A stretch of 64,000 nucleotides of DNA, from assembly GCA_002633005.1 (NCBI GenBank), contig NMRA01000024.1, positions 1,709,222-1,773,221 on the forward strand, read 5' to 3'. Positions 48,621-59,800 of the stretch are shown here, in pieces; the stretch's first letter is position 1, and each line of letters starts with the position of its first letter. The notes beneath the pieces are model-generated. The model saw nothing but the letters and a program-made list of their open reading frames with translations. It made no database searches and was not told the origin of the DNA. Made by a program: the position numbers and the translations under genes. The DNA is from Phoronis australis (Eukaryota; Animalia; Phoronida).

Positions 48621-50151
48621 TCAAATCACACAGTAGTTTTTACAGTTTAACTGGAGGTTAAGTACACAAAGCCATATCATCAGCATATCACAAAACTTTC
48701 ACATCGGAAACATTTTGACATAGAAGAATACCATCGTCATTACTAGAATGGATACATTCTACAAAGTCATTAGGTTTTAAAATAATCACCATGAACTCCA
48801 ATAATAAACTTTCAAAGACAAGTGACTGTGTAGACTCGATCCGACACGTGCTCTGTAATGAAACCTTGGACAAATGTAGTATTTAAACAAATGCTCAAAT
48901 TTTACATAATGTTAAACTCGATAGTTTTTTTTTTTGCAAATTGCATAGAAAATTAATTGTGCCACATTAACGATTTACATGTTTGACATGTCTTCACGTG
49001 ATGTGACCAACGTATGACCTGTGTGAAGCCACATGAATACAGTGCCTTCAACAATTTGCTTCTCAATATAAATGAGCTTCCCAGGTTGTACACGTGCGTC
49101 CGTTGATGTTAATTTTGCTTTTAAGACTCGTTTTGAAAGGTTAAATAGAAAACTCGCGCATACAGTTGTACAAATTTACTTTACTATTTAGACATATCAC
49201 TTTTGGCTATGGATATTCTCATACTACGACCGCTAGGGTTCGCATTAATCACGGGCGGGCAGAACCTGATAGTGGAAAGCAAAACGAGTTCCTGAATCGA
49301 AAGTTGACATGCAGACAGGAAACAGAAAACACCGACATATCTGTGTGAGAGACCACGACCCCTAAGGCAAATCTCTGTTCACGAATCAAGACTGACGGAC
49401 GACCTGCATCTAACTTCGTCGTAGGCAACATGCGGTTTAGGTTTTGAAAGTTTCCATTCATATGCAATGCCCTCGAAGATCTCTCCCGCTTATTCAATGC
49501 AAGATGACATGTGGCACGATTTTCCATTGAGAACACTCTTTTGGTATTCAGTATCTCTAAAAGGCGAGTTTATTGATCTGGATTGTGTAATGACGTGTTT
49601 ACCTGGTTGTTGCACTTCGATTATTTGGTGTGCTCGTAGGTCATTGGAAAGCGCAATAACCCCTCCTGAGAAGTAATAGCATGACCCTTGAATGTTTCCA
49701 TTTGAGTGGGTCGGCCTGCTGTTTCAGATTGAGGCCATTTCCTTGAAGGCGCGCACCGTGAGGAGAAGATGTCTTACCCGATACATGAAGGACGATACAG
49801 GTGCGTAACTTCTGTCATTAATTACATTTTTGTCTGGCTGATTGCTGTTCCAGTTCTCCACCTGTGGCAACTGTTTGGTGTACAGGTAGTTGTAATACGT
49901 ATATGTTTTAAGTGTCGGCTGTATTTTACAGTAGTTGTACTTTGGGTTATACTCATACATTAGTGTTCGGGTCGTGAAGACGCACATTTATTCAAATGGA
50001 TATTCACTGAGAAGACTACATGTATGGCTTTAAGAGAAGAACTGCTGTGCGTGTAAATACTCTGAATATACATTTAAATTTATGTATTTCTGTATGAGTA
50101 AGCAAATCCTACGATGTACAATAAGTGATATTATTAGAATTATTATTATTA

Positions 50152-51350
50152 TTATGCACCCACATATTTATATGTGGACGCATTATTCCGTCATCTCTAT
50201 CCGTCCGTCCGTCCGTCCGTCCGTCCGTCCGGGCGACGTCCGTCCGGCGTCCGGCGTCCGGCGTCCGGCGTCCGCTGCTTTATCTCCAAAACCCTTTGAC
50301 ATACGTTCATGAAATTTGGCACATATGTTCCATTTATGAATGGGACGGCATATGCATACTTTCGGACGGATCCAACTACCGGTGTGCCCCCTAGTGGCAA
50401 TTTTAGTTTTTTACGCTTACCTTTGTATCTTCAAAAGTCCTGAACGGATTTTCATGAAATTTGGTATGTAGGCACCTATTAGTGAGATGACGCTATCCTG
50501 CCGTTTTCAGATGGATTCGACATAGTTTGCGCCACCTAGTGGCCATTTTTAGTGTTTTCGAGTCTNNNNNNNNNNNNNNNNNNNNNNNNNNNNNNNNNNN
50601 NNNNNNNNNNNNNNNNNNNNNNNNNNNNNNNNNNNNNNNNNNNNNNNNNNNNNNNNNNNNNNNNNNNNNNNNNNNNNNNNNNNNNNNNNNNNNNNNNNNN
50701 NNNNNNNNNNNNNNNNNNNNNNNNNNNNNNNNNNNNNNNNNNNNNNNNNNNNNNNNNNNNNNNNNNNNNNNNNNNNNNNNNNNNNNNNNNNNNNNNNNNN
50801 NNNNNNNNNNNNNNNNNNNNNNNNNNNNNNNNNNNNNNNNNNNNNNNNNNNNNNNNNNNNNNNNNNNNNNNNNNNNNTTTTTTACGTTTACCTCTGTATC
50901 TTCACAAGTCCACAACGGATTTTCATGAAATTTGGTATGTAGGCACCTATTAGTGCGATGACGCTATCCTCCCGTTTTCGGATAGATTCGACTTAGTTTG
51001 CGACTCCCAGTGGCCATTTTTACTGTTTTTGAGTCTGTTTTCTGGCGTCCACCCCTCTATCAACCAAACCGCTATAAGTATGATTGTGAAAATTGGCATG
51101 TATGTTCTTACTATGAAGAGGACGGTTGACGCTGAATTTCCAAGACTTTGATTACTGTGGCGCCTCCTAGTGGCTGTTTTTTTGCGCCCTTGGCTGTATC
51201 TCCCAAACCGTTTGCAGGATCTTTACTAAATTTAGCAAGTGTATTTATGTGATGTTGACAACGGACGATGACGACTTTAGGATGATTCTGACTACCGGTA
51301 TGCCTCTAATCGCAATTTTATTATTTTACATTGACCTCTGTATTTTCATA
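50152..51350 (+). mobile_element. Non-autonomous Helentron (HINE/DINE-1-like) element, 3'-truncated, contains an assembly gap
   Basis: 5' TTATGCACCCACAT...ATGTGGACGCATTAT (subterminal repeat and its partner), (CCGT)n and (CCGGCGT)n microsatellite at 50200-50272, then ~150-bp central repeats with TTTTCATGAAATTTGG and GCC.CCTAGTGGC motifs. Confidence 0.8.
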
Positions 51351-52621
51351 GGTCTTCAGGTGTATACTTTGTGTTACTTCGTGACTATGAAGGAAAAGTT
51401 CCACGATGTACACGATTTTGAAGCTTCATAGTTAGAGAAATGTTGACGATTTTTCTATGGTCATACAGGACCTCGCCACAACTGGCAGTGCACCCGGCCA
51501 AGATGTCACTGAACCACCAACACAAAATGACACCAGAGTCGGAAAGGTAAAAAAATCCCAGGAGTTGCCTCTTACGTGAGGGCGTGCACCATGAGATCCT
51601 GTTTTACCCGATACATGAAGGGCGATAGAGGTGTGTAACTTTCCTTATTGATAACATTTTTGTCTGGCTGACACTTACAGTTACCCACCTGTGACAAATG
51701 TATGGTGTCCAGATAATTGGGTTCTACTCAAGTATTAGTGTTTGGGTTGCGATGACGCACATGTACTTCGAATAGATAAGGCTCCCCATCCATCATATCT
51801 TATTACCATTTGCTTGCACTAAGCGTTTGTTGCTTGTCTTGCTGGTACAATCGCGCTGACGCTTACACTCTTTTTAATCCCGACTAACATACTAACACCA
51901 ATCCTAACATATTAAGAAATACAGCATGAATAACGACGTTCAAGGTCACAAAATGCATGCTGAGTGGTGTTATTTGAATTCCTCTCCAAATACCAAGATC
52001 AAATGGAGCTGAACAGTGGTTCCCGTGATCGATTACTACCGTGGCAGGGATAAGGATTTTTGAATTAGATTCCGAATGGCAAATTGAAAACAATAGTTGA
52101 TTTATCGATTGTTTGTAAATTTCATTAATGAACGTTTTCGTTTATTTACTTACCATGCCCACGCCACAACGATACGATCCGACTCACGGATAACCAAGAC
52201 GGAAGAAGAAGCATGAAAGACTGAAAATTAACAGCCGAAGACTAAAATTAAGAAGGAAATTTAAAGTAACGTGCAAGTCACAGTGCATTAGTATAAACAA
52301 GATGGAGCTCGATACTCCGAAGGTTCGTAAGCCTGAAGGTAAGTTATGTAACATTGAATGATTTTTTTAAAATACCCTATCAGGCAAATAAAATCGTTTC
52401 TAAAAACAAACCTATCAAACTGATAGTAAAACAACTAATATTCTTTCAGACTTGTGTTGATCTTCGGATTTATTTATTTGTCGACTTGTAAACTTTCGGA
52501 GCCATGAATTCCGTAATTTCATACCTTCCGCCCACATTTGTTCTCACTTGTAGTTTTCAATTCAAATCATATGGTTTCATTGTTTCGAGAGGATTAACTT
52601 CTTTCGAACCTGATTATAGTT

Positions 52622-55125
52622 TTTATGCGCAAACGTATTTATATGTGGACTCATTATGCCGTCATCTCCGTCCATCTGTTCGAAGTCCGGCGTCCGGCGT
52701 GCGCTCCAAAACGCCTGGACGTATGTTCAGGAAGTGTTGCATATGTGTTTCTTCCGTGGATGGGACGGCATGAGCGAACTTTCAGGCGGATCCGACTATT
52801 GGCGTGACCCCTAGTGGCAATTTTAGTTTTTTACGTTTACCTCTGTAACTTCAAAAGTCCTTAACGTATTTTCATAGAAATTGGTACATAGGCACCTAGC
52901 AGTGAGATGAGGCTAACCTTCCGTTTTCAGATGGATTCGACGTAGTTTGCGCCACCTAGTGGCCATGTTTTGGTGTTTTCGAGTTTGTTTTTTGCGTCCA
53001 CCCCTCTATCAACCAAACCGCTCAAAGGATGATTGTGAAAATTGGCATGTATGTCGATGATTTTCCGACGACTTCGACTACTATGGCGCCTCTCAGTGGC
53101 AGTTTTTTGCGCCTATGGCTGCATGTCCTAAACCGTTCGCAGGATCTTTAATAAATTTAGTAAGCGTATTTATGTAATCACGTTGACGACGGAAGACAAC
53201 GACTTTCGGACAGATCTGACTACTGGTGTGCCACCTACTGGCAATTTCATTTTTTTACGTTTACCTCTGCTGTGTGTGTTCAAACGTCCTCAACGTATTT
53301 TCATAAAATTTGGCATACACGCATCTGTTAATTAAATGACGCTATCTCTCCCTTTTCAGATGGATTCGACCTAGTTTGTGCCATCTAGTGGCTATTTTTA
53401 TTATTTTCGAGTCTGGTTTTGGCGTTCAGTCATCTATCAACGAAACCGCTTTCAGGATAATTGTGACGACGACTTTCGGACGGATCTGACTACTGGTTTG
53501 CCCCCTAGTGGCAATTTTAGTTTTTTTTACGTTTACCAGTTTGTACCTTCAAAGGTTCTCAACAGATTTTCATAAAGTTGTGAATATAGGCATCTATGTG
53601 TTTGGATGCTATTGAGGTATTTTGCGCGACCTAGTGGCCATTTTTGCTGTTTTCAAATCTTGTTTTTGGCGTCTCTATCAACGAAAGCATTCTAGGGATA
53701 GTTTTGAAAATTGGCGTAAATGTTTTCAGTGCGAAGAGGACGTTTGATGATGGCAACTGACTAGTGTGGCGCCTCCTTGTGGTAGTTATGCTTTGCTTTG
53801 CGCCCATAGCTATATCTCCTAAACCCACTTCAGGATCTTTATTAAATTTAGTGTATTTATATGATGATAACAACAGACGACGACTTTCAGGCGGATCCAA
53901 CCGTACGCTGTGCCCACAAGTGGTAATTTCATGTTATTCTGTTTTCCTTTGTTTCTCTGAAGTTCCTTGACAGATTTTTATTATGCGCCCACATATTTAT
54001 CTGTGGACGCATTATGCCGTCATCTCTGTCCGTCCGTCCGTCCGTCCGTTCGTCCGTCCGTCCGGGCGGCGTCCGTCCGGCGTCCGGTGTCCGGCGTCCG
54101 GCGTCTGGCGTCCGGCGTCCGCTGCTCTATCTCCAAAACCCTTTGACATACGTTCATGAAATTTGGCACATATGTTCCATTCATGAATGGGACGGCATGT
54201 GCGAACTTTCGGACGGATCCGACTACCGGTGTGCCCCCTAGTGGCAATTTTATTTTTTTACGCTTACCTTTGTATCTTCAAAAGTCCTGANNNNNNNNNN
54301 NNNNNNNNNNNNNNNNNNNNNNNNNNNNNNNNNNNNNNNNNNNNNNNNNNNNNNNNNNNNNNNNNNNNNNNNNNNNNNNNNNNNNNNNNNNNNNNNNNNN
54401 NNNNNNNNNNNNNNNNNNNNNNNNNNNNNNNNNNNNNNNNNNNNNNNNNNNNNNNNNNNNNNNNNNNNNNNNNNNNNNNNNNNNNNNNNNNNNNNNNNNN
54501 NNNNNNNNNNNNNNNNNNNNNNNNNNNNNNNNNNNNNNNNNNNNNNNNNNNNNNNNNNNNNNNNNNNNNNNNNNNNNNNNNNNNNNNNNNNNNNNNNNNN
54601 NNNNNNNNNNNNNNNNNNNNNNNNNNNNNNNNNNNNNNNNNNNNNNNNNNNNNNNTGAAGGAAAAGTTCCAAGTAGAAATTTGTTTCTGGCATTCTAATG
54701 CTGTGCTAATCTCGTATGTTGGTAAATTTGTTTTTAATTCTATGTTTCTGTGGTGCTTTAAGCAACTGATGTATAGGATGTGCTTGTATTATGAAGATTA
54801 CTCACATTTTGCCCCTAGCCTGTTGAGGAGACAAGGACCATGCCTTTCCATTTTGCAAAGTACAACATACTACATATATGCCCTCTACTGGCCACTTTAT
54901 GGTACCAATAAACAACCCTAGAAGGATACCGTATGCGGTGCAATTGTGGGCGCATTTCAACGCTCTGCGTTGCTCTTGTGAAATATGGCATGCTCTCATT
55001 TTTGGATGGATTGTACGTTTTTGCGCCATCTGGTGGCCATTTCTATGATACAAATAAATAACCCTAAAAGCACACCATTTGCGATGCATTCGTGGGCGCA
55101 TTTCAACGCTCCGCGTTGCTCTTGT
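52622..55125 (+). mobile_element. Full-length older HINE element hosting a nested younger copy
   Basis: 5' TTTATGCGCAAACGTATTTATATGTGGACTCATTATG, central ~150-bp repeats, 3' GTGGGCGCAT (55092-55101) + hairpin CAACGCTCCGCGTTG + CTCTTGTT; removing it restores the 1.9-kb unit (TTATAGTT|TTTAGGGACTTG vs TTGTAGATTTTTAGCGACTTG at ~60945). Confidence 0.8.
53981..54979 (+). mobile_element. Younger HINE copy nested inside the 52622-55125 element (contains an assembly gap)
   Basis: 5' TTATGCGCCCACAT...GTGGACGCATTAT, (CCGT)n/(CCGGCGT)n, near-identical to 50152-50450; 3' GTGGGCGCAT (54946-54955) + CAACGCTCTGCGTTG + CTCTTG. Confidence 0.8.
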
Positions 55126-56715
55126 TTAGGGACTTGTTCTTTCGTCAAACTCTGGCTGACCAGTATACCATTAACTTGGGAGATTTTACAAAAATCTGAA
55201 CTGCTATTTCTAAGATATCAACCTTTAAAATTAGAGAAATAGAGAAATGTGGACACTTTCTAGGGCCACACAGCATCCGAAGTAGCAGGACGCTGTCCTT
55301 GCCACCACTGGCAGCCACAAAAATGTCACTGAACCGTCACCATGTAATGCCACCAGAATAGGATAAGTAAAAAATGCAGCAAATTGCCTCTTCCTTGAGG
55401 GCGTACGTCATGAGATGCTGTCTTACCCGATACACAAGGTACGACTGAAATGCGTTACTTTCGTTATTGATAACATTTTGGACTAGCTGTCACGTGCAGT
55501 TACAGTTCTCCACCTGTTACAACACTGTGCTGTCCAGGTCGTTGAAATACATTTCTGCTGTATTTTAGTTGTACTTTGGGTTCTCCTCATATATCAATGC
55601 TTTGGCCGTGATGACGCTCATTTATTCCAATAGTTAGACTGTAGATCTGTCCATCTATCAATTGTAGTTTCATTCGCTTGGACCAGACGTTTGTTGCTTT
55701 TCTTGCTTGTGCATTAACGTTGATGCAAACACACATTATAATCCCGCCAACAATTCCAATTAAATACTAATACCAGTCCTAACAAACCTAAAAACATCAC
55801 CAATTAATCCAACTGACGTTCGAAGTCACAAAATGTATGCTGAATGTCATTATTTGAATTCCTCTACAGATGCCACAATGGGATGGAGCAAGACTGTGGT
55901 TCCTGGTATTAATTTGTGGCGGAGTAAGGACAAGGATTTCCAATTGATCTGCGTGTGAGAAATTGAAAACAGTTTATTTAATTTTTTCAATACTCGTTTT
56001 GTGTGTTTACACGCAGTTCCCATACCCCAGCAATACGCTGCGATCCTCGAATAACCAAAACGGACGAAGCAGTTCTTCAGACGAAAATTATGAAGGTAGA
56101 CTATTGTTGCTTGGGTTTCATACTGCATTAAATAGGGTGAAGCTCAATACCTTTAAGGTTTTCAAATCTGCGCCCATTATACGACAAACGAAAATGTTTA
56201 CAAAAAGCCCTATCGGGCCGCAGGTTCACAAACTCGACAAAAAGCTTATTAGTTCAAAAACAGTTAAACAATTAAAGAGACCAGAAGCAAGTGATTCAAA
56301 CTTCAACGACAGAGGAGCAACAAAATTTTAGTGGCTGTATTCCAAAAGTTGAAAATGTTAATAAAAGCGACAGTTCAGTGTACTTTGTCAAACTTTGTTT
56401 GGATGCTTTACCAAGGCACTGGCTCTTGGAAGAATTGGTTCCAGGGAGGCACCTGCTTACAAATCTCCAAACATTTTGTTCGAAATCACTATTCAGAACC
56501 TTGTAACATGAAATTTCGAATTTTTAGCTTTCGAACTAATGGTCTCTCGGACTTGTGAGGATATTTAAATTGATGGATGTGTTTACTTGCAAACCTTTGG
56601 AGTCATGAATACCGCGATTTCACAATTTTGGCCCACACTTTTTTTACTTGAAATTTTCAATTTAGATTATATCATTTCATTTTTTCTAGGGGGTTGACTT
56701 CGTTTTAACATTATT

Positions 56716-56866
56716 GTACAGTCTGTAGCACACCCTTGACAAAGAGCTCATCGCTCGAAACGCGGGGATATTTTAATATATTTTAGTACCGACGCTTGTC
56801 GTTTTAGTTTTACTATTTTATATTCTTATCCGTCGATAACTGCACGGCATTTCAATATCTATTTGA
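56716..56866 (+). mobile_element. ~150-bp insertion resembling a Penelope-like element terminal repeat with a degenerate hammerhead-like motif
   Basis: Absent from sibling units of the 1.9-kb array; flanked by TAACATTATT (56706-56715) / TAACATCATT (56867-56876); contains CCCTTGACAAA-GAGC-TCATC-GCTC-GAAACGCGGGG. Confidence 0.5.
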
Positions 56867-59800
56867 TAACATCATTCTATGCCTTTTAGATACTTGGCCT
56901 TTTGTCAAACTTTTTGACATTAGCTGACAAGTACACCATCAACATGCGAGATCTGACATTGGGAACAGTGACAGTATACCAAAATTTCTGTAGGACCACT
57001 GACAAGAATCACACCAGAGGCAAAAGTTATGTTTTTGTCTATTTACACGCCATACCCATACCCCAAAGATAACCCGTGACCTTCGTTAAAGCAAAACGAA
57101 AGAAGAAAGATTTAAGACGAAAATTATGAAGGTAAAGTATCGTTGCTTGGGTTTCATACTGCAGTGTACAGCTCAATACCTTGAAGGTTTTCAAATCAGT
57201 GGCCATAATACAACAAAAGAAAATTCATTGAAAAAAGCCCTATCAGCCTGAATGTTAGCAAATTCGACAAAAAGCTTATTAGTGCGAAAATAATTCGACG
57301 ATCTGACAGACGAGAAGTCAGTGATTGAAAGTTAATGACAAAGGAGCAGCAACATTTTAGAGGCGGAAAACCCAACATTTGAAAATTAAAATAAAAGTGA
57401 CAGTTCAGTGCACATTGCCAAACGTTGTTTGGATACTTCACCAAGGCACTGGCTGTTCAAAGAATTCGTTTTAAAAAGCCACGTGCTTACAACTCTCCAA
57501 ACATTTTGCTCGAAATCACTGTTCAAAATGCCTCGTGACATGAAAATTCGAACCTTTTGTTTTCGAACTAATGGTCTTTCGGGCTTGTGTGGATATTGAT
57601 GGATTTATTTACTTGCTTGTCTTTGAAAACAAGGAATACCGGCATTTCGTAACTTTACCCCACACTTTTTCTCACTTGTAGTTTTCAGTTCAGATCATAT
57701 GATTTCATTTTTTCCAAGGGGTTGACTTCCTTCTATCATTATTTTAGGTCTTTTAGGTACTTGCCGCCTTTCGTCGAACTGTTTGACTTTGGCTGACCAG
57801 TATACCATTAACATGCGAGATCTTACATTTCGAGCAATGACAATATACCAAAAGTACTGCAGGACCACTGACACGAATCGTACAAGAGTCAAGATTCCGT
57901 TAACTTGTAAACATCATAGAAGCTTCTAGGTTTTACTACACGTTTGTGCTCCTGTGTGTCATCAAAACATGACCGACATTTTTTCGATATGGAAAAGGGA
58001 AGTGTAAAATCTACTAGCCAGTCATTCAGGCATATGTCTTTATTAATGCACAATGACTCACATCTATTTTCAAGGCATGTTCTCCATTAATAATTTAAGT
58101 TTTGGCTGTATTTTACTTGTACTCTGGGTTGTACTCAGGTTTTAGTGTTTGCTTCGTGATGACGCACATGTACTTTAAATGGATACACCTCTCCATCCAC
58201 CAAATCTATCACCATTCGCTTGCACCACACGTTTGTTAATTGCCTTGCTCGTGTATTCGCGTTGACGCTGATGCTTTTTCTAATCCCGACTAACAATTAC
58301 ACTAACCTACAGACACAAGCCCAAACGTACCCAGAAAGACAGCATGAATAAATCCAAATAACGTAAAAGGTCACAAAAATTTTGTTAATACATGTTTTTT
58401 GTCTATTGACTCGCCATACCCACGCAACAGCGATACGCTGCAACCCACGGATAACCAAAACGGAAGAAGAAGCATGGAAGAAGAAAATTCACAACCGAAT
58501 ACTAAAGCTAAGAAGGAAATCTAATATTGCTTGCGAATCATAATGCATTGGTATAAATAGGATAGAGCTCGATTTTCCGAAGGTGTACAAGTTAGAAGGC
58601 AAATTATGCGACAAATGAAAACGTTTTTAAAAGGACCTTGAGTCCGAAGGTTCACAAATCCGACAAAAGAAGGTCTAGTTGAAACTATTTACGAGGTTTG
58701 ACAACAGAGCAGCAAAATTTTACTGGCTGTATTCCAAAAATTGATAATGTAACTAAATGTAGCGGCTCAGTAAGCAGTGACGAAATTTGTTTGGATCCCA
58801 TTGAAGAGCACTGGCTCTTCGAATCACTAGTTTCAAACGGCACGTGTATAGAAACTAACTAAATTTTTCACGAAATCACTTTTCAGAACCTCGTGTCCTG
58901 AAAGATCGAACGTTTACTTTTGAAAATGATGAGCTTTCGGACTTCAGTGGATATTAAGATTTATGGATTCTTGGTCTAGCTAACCTTGAAACCGAGGAAT
59001 ACCGTGATTTCATGCCTTCGGCCCAAACACCTTCTCACTTGTAGATTTCAATTCAGGTCGTATTGTTTTATCACTTTCAAGGGGTTCATTTTTAGCGACT
59101 TGTCCCAGTGTCCAACAACCGGACTTCGGCTGACTAATATACCATCCACGTGCGATAACTGAAGTTGCCAGCAGTGACAATATATCAAATGTGTTGCAGG
59201 ACCACTATGACGAAAGACATCAGAGTCAAACGTTGTGGTGCAGTTCATCTGTAAACGTCTTGGACGTGTGTACTCCTATGTGCAACTTGTTTAATTTGAA
59301 AAAAATAAGTGAAAATTCTATTCGCTACTCATTCAGACACCGTCTTTATTCATCTACACTGTTTCATACCTGGTTCCAGGGCTCAATCTCTCAAAAACTG
59401 CAACATTTAGCAAAATAGAAAAGCACATTATGAGTAAAACAACGGTGTCAATAACAATATCGCATTTCATTTGATAAAACTATTTCAGAAGTGGTATCAG
59501 AAACACTATTAATAATCTAAAATATGATCATTTCATTTTCGTTTTGTGAACGACGTTTAAATAATAGTATTTAAATGTTTCACATAAATCTGAAAAACTA
59601 TTTCTGAGAAATGTACTTAACACTTCTTTTAGTGTCATACAGGATCTGAACAAGCACGATCCACCACTGGCAACAAACCAAACATGTCGCTGAGCCACTA
59701 ACACAAAAAGACAGTCAGAAAGGTAACAGAAGCCCGGAAGTTGCCTCTTGCTTCAGGCCACATGCCATGAGGTGCTGCCTTACACGATGCATGAAGCACG

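Noticed and set aside
55963-56331. 122-aa ORF with a signal-peptide-like N-terminus
   Set aside because: Starts at TTG, the hydrophobic part is a T-rich tract, and sibling units of the array are interrupted by stops and indels.
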